From positions 56,048,001 to 56,112,000 of the forward strand of contig OZ024746.1 in assembly GCA_964016885.1 (NCBI GenBank): a DNA stretch of 64,000 bases, read 5' to 3'. The position numbers and the translations under genes are program-made. Of the stretch, positions 13,912-27,147 are shown one piece after another (the stretch's first letter is position 1; every line of letters starts with the position of its first letter). This DNA comes from Eledone cirrhosa. Lineage: Eukaryota. The notes under the pieces were generated by a model, which ran no database searches, was not told the DNA's origin, and was given only the letters and a program-made list of their open reading frames with translations.

Positions 13912-14080
13912 TAATTGTTTCTACATTTGGCACCAGGCCAGCAATTATCCCAGTGCATTACTGGTACTTTATTTTATCGACCTCGTAAGGATGAAAGGCA
14001 AAGTTAACTTCATAACGGGAGGTAACTCTATGCTTCAAAGCATGGCGCCCGACCCTCTACCGATACTGCCAATCCACCGC
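13912..14080 (-). mobile_element. Nin/Deu-domain tRNA SINE (internal deletion)
   Basis: Homologous to 6838-7018 and 39203-39388. Confidence 0.85.
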
Positions 14081-14299
14081 TCTTATATATAGATATATAG
14101 ATATAATATATATATAGATATATATTATATATATATATAATATATATATATATATATTATATATAATATATATATAATATATATATATATAATACTTTAA
14201 AAAAGGGAGTATATTTTCTCATATTTTGACCGCTAATAACACTAAATAAATTTGGAAGAATTAAGCTTTTTGGTATGTTTTCAACTGGTGCTATCTCTG

Positions 14300-15100
14300 A
14301 CATGCTCGCAATCAACGTTTAAAGCGAAAACAGAATATGCAGTATTGAGGAGGGCCCTTGGCCTTGTATGAGCCTCGGAGATTTGTTTTCGACCGATCTA
14401 ACATGAGACAAACATTTCTCACAACAGCTCCTCGAACAAAGTTGTCGATGGCGACGAAACTGTTTATTATCCGGTTGAATTTCAGGAAACGTCCGGTAAG
14501 CCGCCAAACAACCTAGAACGGTGCATTCTACTTGTTTCTCAGAAACCTGGATCAGCTAATATTATGTAATGGGACGCGTGTAAGTCTGACTGAACTACAA
14601 CCTCACATTAACACTGGATATGTTAAGGGAGACATCGTATATATATTCCGAGAATACGACTAATAGCAATGGGTGTTCGCTTGTGTTTTAAATAATTGCA
14701 ATTCCCAGTGACAGTCAGTTACGCAAGGACATGAACAAGTCCCACGGTCAAACACAGCAGGTCGGGTTGTCAATCTCCATCTATAAGAGGGACAATTGTA
14801 TGTAGATTGTTCCGGAGAAGGCAGCCCCACAGAATATCTTCATATTTGCCGCGCCAAAAAATTGTTTAAAATATTGATTGTACTGAAGTTCTGTAAATAT
14901 TTTATGATTTTCGTAGAATTCAATTTTCCATTGTTTTCTTTATTATTTTCTGTTTTCAGATATGTTCTTAAAATGATGTAATACAATATTTCGATACCTT
15001 TAAACATCTTTTATTTTAAGTAAAATGGACATTAGAACAGACGCTAATATGTGCTTTTCGAGCACACTACAGAACGGGACGAAGGCCGCATTATGGCTAA
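14300..15100 (+). mobile_element. Helitron remnant: PIF1-like helicase C-terminus and probable 3' end
   Basis: IPRI..LQFPVTVSYA..MNKSHGQT..VGL..GQLYVDCS..GSP matches the Helitron QFP...MTINKSQGQT...HGQLYVA.SR pattern; degenerate 3' hairpin/CTAR at about 15070-15100. Confidence 0.8.
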
Positions 15101-15466
15101 ATACATACATATACGTATATACAAATCCACTAAATACATACATACATATATATATATAAATCCACTCAGACACACACTATTGCTAGGTTTTAGAAGAGCA
15201 CACAGACGTGAGAAGCATGTCATGGGATAAGAGACACAAAGATATTGTTACAGACCGTTCCATCCATAAAAGAATGGAGCGTGGACGTAAAATACTGGTG
15301 ATGATAATTGTTTCTACTTTTGGCACAAGGCCAGCAATTACCCAGTGATGATAATGATAAGGGTACTTGAATTCAATGAAGCATGCATATGTGTATGGAA
15401 TTTGCATACGGATATTCAACAAAAACACATAAACATAAACTCACACAGCCACACTCATATATGATA

Positions 15467-15518
<52 letters not shown>

Positions 15519-15540
15519 TTATATATATATATATATATAT

Positions 15541-15667
15541 ATGGAAATATTCAGGACCGTGACGGCTGAGCTACCGTCGTTTCGACAGGTAGATCCGAAC
15601 AAATATATATATATATATTTATATTTATATATATATTTATATATATATATATATGAGTGTGTGTGTG

Positions 15668-15710
<43 letters not shown>

Positions 15711-15711
15711 A

Positions 15712-15784
<73 letters not shown>

Positions 15785-15860
15785 CGAAGTTGTTGTAGTA
15801 AGGGGCCAGAAGGAACATAACGTACCAGAGTACTCAACACTTAGGGAAGTAGAGTGGTTT
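15541..15860. mobile_element. Two fragments of a TA-associated dispersed repeat (probable PLE pLTR family), split by microsatellites
   Basis: 15541-15600 and 15781-15860 are homologous to 45515-45655 and 49335-49533 (cataacg.accagagtactcaa.acttaggg; tcaggacc..acggctgagct). Confidence 0.65.
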
Positions 15861-15911
15861 ATATATATAATTATAGTATAGGGTAGACGAGTGTATATAT
15901 ATATATATACA

Positions 15912-17125
15912 CATGGCGGCTGCCAACTCGTTTTCAAGTACGGCCACTACTTTATATCCATGTAGATGAACCCCAACCGAAGCGCTGAACGACTGTGACT
16001 CTTTAGTCCAGCCAGCGGCTTGAAAACTCTGCTACAAACACTACACTTGTGACAATTATTGACACATAGTGCTGGGCCAGTGGTACCATGTGACGACAAG
16101 TGCAGAGAGATCTCCAGATATAAAGCAATGACTGTGCCGTGAAGCTTTTATAGTGAGCAAAGGCACTGCACAAAGCCAGTCCCACTCTCTTAACCAAGAT
16201 GATATTTACCAAAAAAGAAGAACATGTCAACATCATTGGATACCATCAGGGATGCAGGTGTTATATAAGAGTTTTCCTTCACCTAGAATTCTGCCTTGAC
16301 AAAGGCTAAGGGGTCATCTCTCCCCGAATACATACATACATACATACATACATACATACATACATGCATACATACACACATATAAACATGCATACATACA
16401 TACATGCATACATACATACTAACAGGCATGCATGCATACATAATAATGCATTCATACATACATACAAACATACATACATACATACAAACATGCATACATA
16501 CATACATACATACATACATACATACATGCATACATGGTGGCTGCCAACTCGTTTTCGAGTACGGCCACTACTTTATATCCATGTAGGAGAACTCCAACCG
16601 ATGCGCTGAACGACTGTGACTTTTTAGTCCAGCCAGCGACTTTAAAACTCTGGTACAAACACTACACTTGTGACAATTATTGACACATAGTGTTGGGCTC
16701 ATGTTACCATATGACGACAAGTGTAGAGAGATCTCCAGATATAAAGCAATGCCTGTGCCGTGAAGCTTTTATAGTGAGCAAAGGCACTGCACAAAGCCAG
16801 TCCCACTCTCTTAACCAAGATGATATTTACCAAAAAGAAGAACAAGTCAACATCATTGGATACCATCAGGGTTGCAGGTGTTATATCAGAGTTTTCCTTC
16901 TCCTAGAATTCTGCCTTGACAAAACCTAAGGGGTCTTCTCTCCCGGTGATTTTGGATGGCCATTGACTCTTAAGAGCTCCTTTGGCCTTTGACAGATTTT
17001 GATTTTAGTCCTGCAGGATGTCCAAAGTCACCCTCCTCACCAAGAAACCTTGGTGGGGTTGCCAGTTTAATCGCCAACGACCCGACCATGAGACAGGGAT
17101 ACATGTTACCAGTAGCACCAACATA
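15912..17125 (-). mobile_element. Two tandem copies of a short non-autonomous RTE derivative (16533-17125 longer; 15912-16325 5'-truncated) separated by a (TATG)n tail
   Basis: About 410 bp duplicated at ~620-bp spacing; RTE-like 5' motif ggagaaggaaaactctga; 3' Zn-finger CSVCTRVLKSLAGLKSHSRSAH; terminal CTCGAAAACGAG hairpin then (TATG)n. Confidence 0.75.
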
Positions 17126-17366
17126 GGTAGACACATAGGTACATACATACATACAAATACCTACCACAGAGGAGATAATATTCCAGTGGTAGTGTTAGTT
17201 TCACCATCAAAGTATCACAATGATAGCATTTTTTTCCAGCGTTACGGTTTTTAATTCACTTTTTGTATTTTTTCCCTCCACTTAAATTCCTGACTAATTT
17301 ATCTTAATCGTTTTAACATTTTAAATATCAAATTTTAGCTACGTGTTAGATTTCCTGATTAACATA

Positions 17367-17425
<59 letters not shown>

Positions 17426-18169
17426 TTTATTTTATTTTATTATTCTGAGGTTTTAATTTGTTCACTTTGCTATATATTTATTTGATCTCTCTCTCTCTCT
17501 CACACACACTGTCTCTCTCATTCATTGTCTCTCTCTCTCTCTCTCAAACACTCTCACTGTCTCGCTCACTCACTCACTCTTCTTCTTCTTCTTCTTCTTC
17601 TTCTTCTTCTTCTTCTTCTTCTTCTTCTTCTTCTTCTTCTTCTTCTATAGCTACTACTACTACTGCTACCACTACTACAGCCACAACACACGCCAGTCTT
17701 GCGTTTATTATGCAGAATTGATTTTTTGTTTTGTTTTCTTGTGTATAGTATTTTTTTACGAAGTTTGGCAGCGTATAATTAATTTACCTGATTATTTCTG
17801 ATGTATTGGCTACAATGAGAACTAATTCAATAGGAGAGGCTCGTTTATTTCAAACTTGGAAATGATATTAATGAGGAAGAAATCTTTCAAGAGGATCAAT
17901 TTTTAAACAAAAAACTATTTGAAACGAAAAAAAAAAAAAAAAATTCAAAAATAAATAAATATAGAAAATATAAAAATATATTAAGGTCCTAGTTCTATTC
18001 CCTTCCTCGTCCCACCCAATGGGTAATTTTCAATTTAAGAATTGCTGACCTGTAAAAATGGTAAAGATAAAATATAATGAATAAGAATATGAAGAGAAAT
18101 AAAATAAATTTAAAATTAAATTGAATTAAAATAGAATAAACCGTGGGGGTGCTGAGCCTCCGTCAGTTC

Positions 18170-19600
18170 CAGTGACGTGAGGTCCTTTTGATGCAATCAT
18201 CGAAACAGCTTGCTCGTGTAAAGAATGTACAAGTCATTGAGCATTCTACAGGCACGTGTAAAATAATGCTGTTCGCAAGGTGATTCAGTGGTAGTGTGTA
18301 ACCAGGCTGATCTTTGAAATACTGATACAAGGTATTTTTTTGCAATATAGCGTCTACACATTCCACAGACTTATCGCCTCAGGAAGATTCAGTTCGTTTC
18401 CTCGTCCCAAATTCTAGCTAGCTGTAGGTACAGACCAGACCAGAAAACGAGCAACTTAATCAGACAGTCTGTTCAGCATCCGATAACGCTTTCAAACGTC
18501 ATGGATTTGACCATGTGTCGAGCTGCAAATTCAACGACATATTCTGCTTGATATATGCTCCTGTCAAACTTTCATATTCCTCAAAGAAGATGCCGAACAC
18601 CTCGATATTCGAAATGTTTGGCACCATCATGGTCGGTTTGAAATGGAAGCTCTGCAACAGTTCCAGCTACCACAGTTAATGCTTGAGAGCTCAAACATTA
18701 ACTGTGGTAGGCAACACATACACAGGAAAGGAGAGAGGACATCCTTGACGAAACTAGAGCGGGGTCTGAAATGGTTCTGATAGGTTACCATTTACTCTGA
18801 CTACCGAGCAAATGCCACTGTGAAGTGCAGCGGTTCAACCGCTGAAGATGGGACCGCAACCATTTCCATTTATCGACAATAGACCCGATCGAAAGCTTTC
18901 GATTGATCTATATTGATCAGAGCCCCACCAAAGCCAGGTTTACTTCCTACAGTCTCTATCATGAAACGTATGAATGCGCGGTTTACATGTATAGACCTGG
19001 TCGGGTTTTTTTATATCTGCGCTTGCCGTACAATAGTGTTGATGTTGGAAGCACACCATAGCCAAAATATTAAATTCTCTATTGAACAGAACTTTGAGCT
19101 GGATATTTTCAATAACGTTCCTTGTATTGTCTTTCTTCCTCAGCGTCATTACCCCGCAACATAGAGAGCTGGCAATCCACCCGGTTTGGCACAAAACGGG
19201 TAGACTGTGCTTCATTTAGCTGCGTGGGACTTTCATTAACTCGGCTACTATTATCGGCGTTCGCTGCTCTCCGAATCTTGCGTCGAGATCGGCGGCAGAC
19301 TTTCGAGGCAGGAACAACAATTCGCCATAATCAACGTATCCTAAGCAAATTGCAGCTGGAAAACCGAACAAATCTACTTGGAATCATGTATATTTCAGTC
19401 TGACAAAGATCGAATTTTGGATCTATTGCAGTGCTGCGGCTCTTCATTCGGACCCATCAAACAGCTTCCGTTCATTCATGTCAGAGCATGTGCCTTAGGT
19501 GGTCTGTCAGTGGATCAGTTGTGTTTCACATTGAAGAAGAGATCAAGTTCTATTCTCGCAGCTAACATGTCGGCTGCAGTAACAGTCATAATCGCCTCTT
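18170..19600 (-). mobile_element. Tx1/L1-clade LINE RT fragment, decayed
   Basis: Minus strand: INIDQSKAFDRV..., SVVRVNGNLSEPF..RQGCPLS..YVL. Confidence 0.8.
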
Positions 19601-19926
19601 CTATTTTAACTTCTAGCCTAACTCAATTCTATTTTTTTTTTTTATATTTCTGATATTGTTGTTTTTGTTGTTGCTGTTGTGTTTTTAAACATGGTCTGTT
19701 CAATCTTGTGAAGAGACTGCTATTCAATTCATCGGAGAACATTTTGTCATCCTCCATTATATTTGAAAAACAAAAAGAATGATATATGAGGGGCCTATTT
19801 GCAAACCAAGCACCATCTTTGCCCCTAATGTTTGTAGATATATAAAAAAACAAACCCGATTACAAAGGTATTGGTTTGATTATATATACTGTAATTTCAA
19901 ATTTTCAACAAATTATGTTAGATAAT

Positions 19927-20280
19927 AATTGTTTCTACGTTTGGCACAAGGCCAGAAATTACCCAGAGCATTACTGGTACTTTATTTTATCGACCCCGTA
20001 AGGATGAAAGGCGAAGTAAAACTCGGCGGGATTTGAACTCAGTATGGCAAGGGAGGTAACTCTATGCGTCAACGCATGGTGTCCAACCCTCTACCATTAC
20101 TACCAATCCACAGCCATTTATTATGTTAGTTAAGAATGGTTTCTTATATAAGCACGAGATCAAAGGATCAAAGGCAACGTTAACCTCGGCGGGATTTGAA
20201 CTCTGATCATAAAGGGGCGAAACTCTATACTGCAAAGCATGGTATCCGACACTCTACTGATGCTGCCAATCCACCGCCCT
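19927..20280 (-). mobile_element. Head-to-tail pair of Nin/Deu SINEs (19927-20115, 20135-20280)
   Basis: Two successive copies of the SINE consensus; the second has an internal deletion. Confidence 0.85.
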
Positions 20281-20503
20281 TACGTTGGATAATAATGAGA
20301 GTAACAACAAACGTACGAGTATGATCAGTAACACGTGTCGATAGACTATTAAATAAGAAGGAAAAGAATGTGGGAATGAGGAGGAGGATGGGGGGAAATG
20401 GAGGAAGAGGAAGGGGTGAAAGAGGAGAAATAGGAAAATGAGGAGGAGGAGGAGAATAAGAAGAAAAAACAGAAGAAAAATTAGAAACAAGAAAGGGAGA
20501 GAG

Positions 20504-20507
<4 letters not shown>

Positions 20508-20588
<81 letters not shown>
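20508..20588. repeat. (AG)n microsatellite
   Basis: Direct inspection. Confidence 0.97.
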
Positions 20589-20590
<2 letters not shown>

Positions 20591-21059
20591 AAATAAATGT
20601 ATAGTAAATTAAACAAATTAAAACCAGAGAATAAGAGAATAAGAAATAAACTAAACAGTTACTTTAAGGGAATTTTGAAAAATGATAATTTTAGCAGAGG
20701 GGGAAATATCAATTATCTTATTTCAGCTGTCAGTCTTTGTGTGGCTGGCAGGGAGAGGCGATATCCTGATAACGTTGATTTTGAAGATAATAGGGGTGAA
20801 TGGAAGAATAAAAATAAAAGGAGGGGAAGGGAGTGTTTGATTTCGCGTCCTTTTACGAGGTGGCTGGGATAAAAAAAAAAGAAACGATGAGGAATTCGAT
20901 GCAATATAATCAATATCAATACTAACAGCAACAAGAATAACTGATGCGGAAAATAATGGGCTTTACCTAAATGAGTAGGAGTTCAAGGAGATATTAGTGA
21001 AGAGGGGGTTGCGTTGATGTAGCATAATAGAAATGAAGCAAGTGTTAAGGAATGTAGGG

Positions 21060-21300
21060 GCAGGAGGTGACCAAACTCCTCAAATACCGGTCGCTCTCCG
21101 ACAGGTTTGCGGTCGTACCCTTGGCAGTGCAGACTTCTGGTGTCCTCGGCCCTAGGGCTACCTCCCTACTCACCACCATATGTGCTGTGCTGGCCAGCCG
21201 CAGGTGTGTGCCCCGCGAGTTGGAGTGGCTTTTCCAGCGCGTCTCTCTTGCCGTCCTCCGGGGAAACGCCTTCTCCATTCTGTCCGCCGGGGCTGGTGGT
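21060..21300 (+). mobile_element. CRE-like non-LTR retrotransposon 3' end (restriction-like endonuclease C-terminus)
   Basis: KYRSL..FAVVPLAVQTSGVLGP.A..LL....RE...LFQRVSLAVLRGNA..IL motif; GC-rich island. Confidence 0.85.
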
Positions 21301-21527
21301 GGTGCTGGTTGGTGGGGCATTACGTATCATTCCACTGAATCAAGTTTTGAAAGTTACCTAGATATGTGTATCGTTAGAATTGTGACCTAATGTATGGGAT
21401 AGAGAATTAGGAATTTGGGAATATGAAGGGGACTACAAAAATGAGGATAATCCAAGTTCAGAAGGGTAATGGTGATCGTAATGATGATGCAGTTGACAAT
21501 GATGTTGATTACGCTGTTGTTCGTTGT

Positions 21528-21685
21528 AATAATTGTTTCTAATTTTGGCGCAAGACCAGCAAATACCCAGTGCATTACTGGTACTTTATTCTATTGAATC
21601 CTGTTTTTACGTTTGGCACAAGGCTAGCAATTATCTCAGTGCATTGCTGGTACTTTATTTTATTGACGCCGTAAGGAGTGAAGGA
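21528..21685 (-). mobile_element. Two truncated Nin/Deu SINE tails
   Basis: ttggc(a/g)caag.c.agcaa.ta..cagtgcatt.ctggtactttatt repeated twice. Confidence 0.75.
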
Positions 21686-21829
21686 TAAAACGCTAAAAAT
21701 AACAAGGGTGAGAAATAAAACGCTAAAAGTAACAACACAAAACGCATAAAGTCTACTGACAAAAACACATACCGGATCGATTATAGCCCTGACCAATAAG
21801 CGCCGCGGCTCTTATAAATTAGTTTTGTT

Positions 21830-22960
21830 ATCGAAATGTCTGCAGTGGTAACGAGCTCTTCTAATACAGACATGACTGGCCTCTTGAAAGAGAATAATCT
21901 CAACCAAGACTCCCCAAGTTCAGCACCACAAAGAAGACCAAAGAAATAGATTAGAGAAGAGTTTAATGAAGTGATACACGCATTTAATCACTCATTGGGA
22001 AAACAATTGGAATCAAAACACACATGAATTATTTTAGGCTATGAAGAGAATGAAATCTTTAAATGAGATCAAACCTGGACGAAAATAAACTTGCAAATGT
22101 AAGAGTAGATATAGTAAGAAACAAGATACTAATAGATGTAGAGTTTAATGAAATTAGGAAGTATGTTGCAAAAGATTTGAGTATACTAATATCAGAAAGG
22201 CTTGGAAAGGAATATGTGAAAGAAGGAAATCCACAAACCGTATCGACTATAATTTCGCCAGGAGAAATTTAACAAGTTGAGAGCACCAGAACTGAGCCGG
22301 TTCAAGCTGAAAGACAGATTGACAATATGGATGAGGACATTTCTACATTCAAGATCGGATTGAACAAACAAAACAAGAAATTCTCAATGTATTTGGAAAA
22401 CAAAATTGTCTATATGTGAAAGAGAGTCCATGTAAACATTGGCAAGCAACAACCAGAAAAACACACCCATAAGGACTGGAAATCAACCTCTTAAACAATA
22501 ATTGAAGAGATGGAGCCCGATGTATCTTAATTGAATGATGCTATTTATGCAGCAGTAACGGCAATAGAAAGGAAATCTGAGTTAAGGAAAAAGCAAAAAG
22601 TACACAACACTCACAAAAACCACCCAGGAAGATAAAGGTTGAGAAAGAAATTGAAGTGATGAGAGAAGAAATATCGATCTTGGCTGAAATAAATGTGTGC
22701 TATGAAATCTGTCAAATCAAGAAAACGAAGGAAAGTGATTAAGAATTACAAAGTAACTTCAAAACCTGGTATTACGTCAATCAAAGAAACCCTGATGCAG
22801 AAAGTACAGCTGAAAGTTCAAAGAATCAGATTTCAAAAGCGTAAAGATGTTTTACACGTAAAAATAAGCTGTTTATGTCAGATGTAAAAAAAAAACGGTC
22901 TTATAGTGAAATTGGGACACAAACACAGTTAGTAAAAGAACTTTCTTCAATTCAGGGAAT
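21830..22960 (+). mobile_element. R4/Dong-like non-LTR retrotransposon N-terminal ORF remnant
   Basis: REEFNEVIHAF; NLDENKLANVRVDIVRNKIL; KEIEVMREEISILAE; ITSIKETLMQKVQLKVQRIR, resembling R4-clade pre-RT regions; many stops. Confidence 0.65.
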
Positions 22961-23624
22961 TGAAGGATTTTGTAAAATAGTATGATAATGTAGTATAGAT
23001 AAAGGATACATAATTTTTACCAGAATATTGACTGGGGTTCCCAACATATGTATTTATATAAATATATGTATATTGATAATATGTATCAATTGAAGTTGTC
23101 GACGCAACATAGCAGATACCAATCGAATTGTTTGAGGCAGTCACAAAGCAATCAATGATACGAAAATTAAATACATTTTTGTCCAGAATGAACACAAAGT
23201 AAAGAAAGTGAGAAACCCAGAAAACCAACCAAATGCATACGGCCATAATTATACCACACCTACGATAAATACAAACAGGTCTAGAAAGATGTATATGTAA
23301 GATGTGTTTACATTTCATTTTCCATACATCTGTAAGGCTTGGGGACAAATGCTAAATAGAAGCTCTGTTTAGATTCATCTAATCAATGGAGTCATTACAA
23401 TCTACTTCCTGGTCTTCTATTCTAGATGGTAAATGACAACCAGCTCTTCTAATATCGGTACTTATAATGCAATCGTGTTTGAAATCACTATATATGTAAC
23501 TCCTGCTTACATCGAAGACTATCGATATACCAACCGTGACCAGGAAATTGCATGCCCTTTCTAAACAACAATTCCATTATGTTTGTTGCATACAATGTAC
23601 AGGTAACGAATCGATTGGAGAGAA

Positions 23625-24112
23625 AATCAATGCACTGTATAGCTAATTAATACTTTATACAACTAATCATTATATTATATATTTAATCAATATTTTGCAC
23701 GACTGATCAATATCTCGCACAGTTGATCTCGGTCTTGCACGTCTAATCGATACTTTGCACAGCTATTCTATGCGTTGCTCAACTAATCAATATATTGCTT
23801 AGCTAATCAATACAATTGACAGTTAAACGATACATTTCATAGATAATCGATATTGTACAAGCTATCAATACATTTCACATCTGGTCAATATATTGTACAG
23901 CTAATCAGCAATGCATTTCACAGTTTGTCAATGTATTGTATAGCTAATCAATATATTGCACATATAATCAATAGATTTTAGATCTAATCAGCACAATGTT
24001 CACCTAATCCATTGTATTGCCGAGTTAATCAATACCTGTCACAGCTAATCAATATATTGCTCAGATAATTTCAGAGATAATCAATATGCGTTGCAGGGAA
24101 AATCAATATACT
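23625..24112 (+). repeat. Old degenerate minisatellite, ~20-21-bp unit (consensus ~CAGCTAATCAATATATTGCA)
   Basis: Recurring gctaatcaata..ttgcac/ttgtac motifs over about 490 bp. Confidence 0.8.
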
Positions 24113-24859
24113 AGGATGTATGGGCCAACGAGGGTTCATTTAGGCGGATCATTCAATCAGAAATGGTTGGCAAATCTCCCTAAAATATAACTCCACCGTC
24201 ATACAAATGATAAGGAGGTACATTGAAGAATGTAGTCACAGATAACCCCCCACCAATAAAACCACCAATAAAGGAAACAGGATGGTTAAGACTGAGGCTC
24301 TTTTGGTCCAACACTGCATGCTCTGTGAAGTTTAACCTGTGGCCTAACGACAGTAATACAAATGCAGCTGATGGGGAGATCTTTCTAGCCTACCTACACT
24401 CTAACATCGATCATTCATATTTTTTTTTTTTCAAAACTGAAAACATTTTCTTTAATACATTTCATATACGATGAGACAGAGCTAAATATCACGTGATTCA
24501 TAGCTCTCCGATAATTTCTAGAACATCTCCTTTTTCCTTTTCTTACTTCATAGGGACATTCCCTATTTCAATTATTCTAAAGCGTATCTTGTCTGCTCTT
24601 ATAGTCATGTTTCTTCTTCTTCTTCTTCTTCTTCTTCTTCTTCTTCTTCTTCTTCTTCTTCTTCTTCTCACATTGCTCATCCCTATTATACACACTATCC
24701 TCCTGCTTTTCTTGCATTCTCTCTCGTGTTCGTTCTTTTCCCCATCTTGTCATCTCTATTCTGCTTTCATCTTCTCTTCTCCCTCTTCTTATCTCTATTT
24801 CCCGTTTTCTCCTTTCTATTTTTCTGCAGCATCGTCTCCCTCTACTCCTTTATATTCAA

Positions 24860-25385
24860 CCGGTCTTCATGACTATTTTCACTTTCCTTATCCCCCTTTC
24901 TCTTCTCTATTATTCCTCTCCATCTATTGCTCTCTGTTTCCCATCTACATCTCCTCTGCCTTACTTTATCCAGCCGTCTTTCTCCTCTTCACTCCATTAC
25001 ATTGCCTCCCTCCATGTTTCTCTATACCTCTTTTCCACCCTCTCTACACAATACTCTCTCACATTTCTCAATCTTCTCCTCTCCTCTCTATTAGACCTCA
25101 TTTCTAATTCTCTGCATTTACGCTCTTCCTTTCTCTTCTTCATTATTATTTCTCAGTCTGTCCCCCTATACCGTACTATTACCTCCTCGAATCTTCTTCT
25201 TTCCCTTTCTTTTCCTCTCCCTGTTGTAGAAAATATAATTAACTGCACATACCACACTGTTAACCCTTCACCTTGTTCTTCTTCTCAGTCGTTCTCATCT
25301 CACTTCCGTAATAATTTGCTGATAACTCCTCCATTCATCTTTACATTTCGATTTCGTTTTATCACAATTCCCATCCTAAAACGAT
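24860..25385 (+). repeat. Pyrimidine-rich dispersed repeat; homologous copy inverted at about 34225-34710
   Basis: ctgttaacccttcacctt.ttcttct..cagtcgttctcatctcacttcc.taataatt.gctga is shared with the reverse complement of 34260-34335. Confidence 0.75.
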
Positions 25386-25471
25386 TGCTTTATTCACATA
25401 CACGTATATTATTAAAACCACACACACATCCACATACACTCATTTGCACACACGAACATATACACACAGAT

Positions 25472-25516
<45 letters not shown>

Positions 25517-25528
25517 CATGATATATGA

Positions 25529-25578
<50 letters not shown>

Positions 25579-25620
25579 ATATATATTATATATATATGAT
25601 ATATATATTATATATATATG

Positions 25621-25654
<34 letters not shown>

Positions 25655-26022
25655 CATCAATCATTCATTCACACACACATAGATAGACACACTGTTGCAA
25701 ATACACATACACTTATACTTTCAAAGCCTTGTATGTGCACTCATATATTCACTCACTCTTATAGGCACAGGCCCCCGCACATGGGTGAATATACACATAC
25801 CCACGTCACAAAGTCATATAACTTACAACATCTACTTATTAACCGATATACATATTACAATTCATTCACATACATGTGCAATAACTTGCACACATGGAGA
25901 TGAACTTATATATATGCAACAATGCACACGTATACATTGGGGCAATTTTGAGTATATACACACGTGACGCAAACGCATTCTTACGTGCTGCGCGAACTCA
26001 TACATTTACACATTATCACGTG

Positions 26023-26063
<41 letters not shown>

Positions 26064-26159
26064 TTGATGGTTATAAACTTGCATACACATATATATGTGA
26101 ATCAGACGTGAATGAGAAAATGGACATAATCATTCATAAACACTCACAACAATGATTTA

Positions 26160-26700
26160 AATTATATAAAATGGAACAACAACAACACCAAAAACACTGT
26201 TACAACAACAACAACCACAATATCTATTACAGGAACAACATCAACAGGCGAAATGAAAAGAAACTAATGTAGGAACAATGTTAGTACAACAATAGTAACG
26301 AAATCAACGATGACAACAACAACAACGTCGATGATAACAACTGTTGCAACAACAACAACAACATCACCAGCCAAAACTATTACAACAGCAGCAATAACAA
26401 CATCATTTACAACTATAGTAGAAACAATTTTAACAACTATTACAGCAACAAGAACTACATTAACAGCCTTTACAGGACCAACAAAATCTATTTCAACGAC
26501 ACCGCCATCATCAACAAGCACAACGACAGCAACAATGAAAACAACAACATCAATCTCCACCACTAAAACCACAACAACAATAACTAGCACAATGACAACA
26601 ATGAGAACAACGACAGCAACCACATCTCCATTTCTACCATCAAAAGTAAAAGTATCATCAACAACTATTACACTAATGGTAACAACAACAGCACTAACAT
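26160..26700. repeat. Degenerate (ACA/AAC)n low-complexity tract
   Basis: Trinucleotide-periodic; produces spurious Thr-rich and Val-rich ORFs. Confidence 0.85.
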
Positions 26701-26897
26701 GATTCTCTTCTCTTCTTTAATAATTCTATCTTCCTATCCCAGACCCCAATGCCGCAATTCAATAAATCTTTCTATTTTCCACTGATCTTTAGTACTCTGT
26801 TGGCTATTATCTGCTGTTCTCTTTGAATCAGGATACGACACCACTGTCACAGCCATCTTGTACAACACTATTATATTTCCTTATTCATTCGCCTTTT

Positions 26898-26967
26898 ATC
26901 TTCTTCTTCTTCTTCTTCTTCTTCTTCTTCTTCTTCTTCTTCTTCTTCTTCTTCTTCATCTTCTTCT

Positions 26968-27002
<35 letters not shown>

Positions 27003-27147
27003 TTCTTCTTTTTCTGTTTCTTTTTCTTCTTCGTCGTCGTCGTCGTCTTTTTCTTTTTCGTCGTCGTCTTCTTCTTCTTCTTCTTCTTCTTCTTCTTCTT
27101 CTTCTTCTTCTTCTTCTTCTTCTTCTTCTTCTTCTTCTTCTTCTTCA
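26898..27147. repeat. Compound (TTC)n/(GTC)n microsatellite
   Basis: Direct inspection. Confidence 0.95.

Noticed and set aside
16990-17125. Definite HDV-like or twister ribozyme at the RTE 5' end
   Set aside because: I could not assign the required pairings by hand; kept only as a suggestion in the findings
23410-24420. Possible host exons (AG/GT-bounded segment at 23428-23602; ~70 open codons at 24180-24390)
   Set aside because: All frames of the first segment contain stops, and neither segment gives a protein motif I recognise
26310-26702. Mucin-like Thr-rich protein
   Set aside because: Degenerate (ACA)n tract open on both strands; no signal peptide or splice support; a similar tract occurs at 56590-56790
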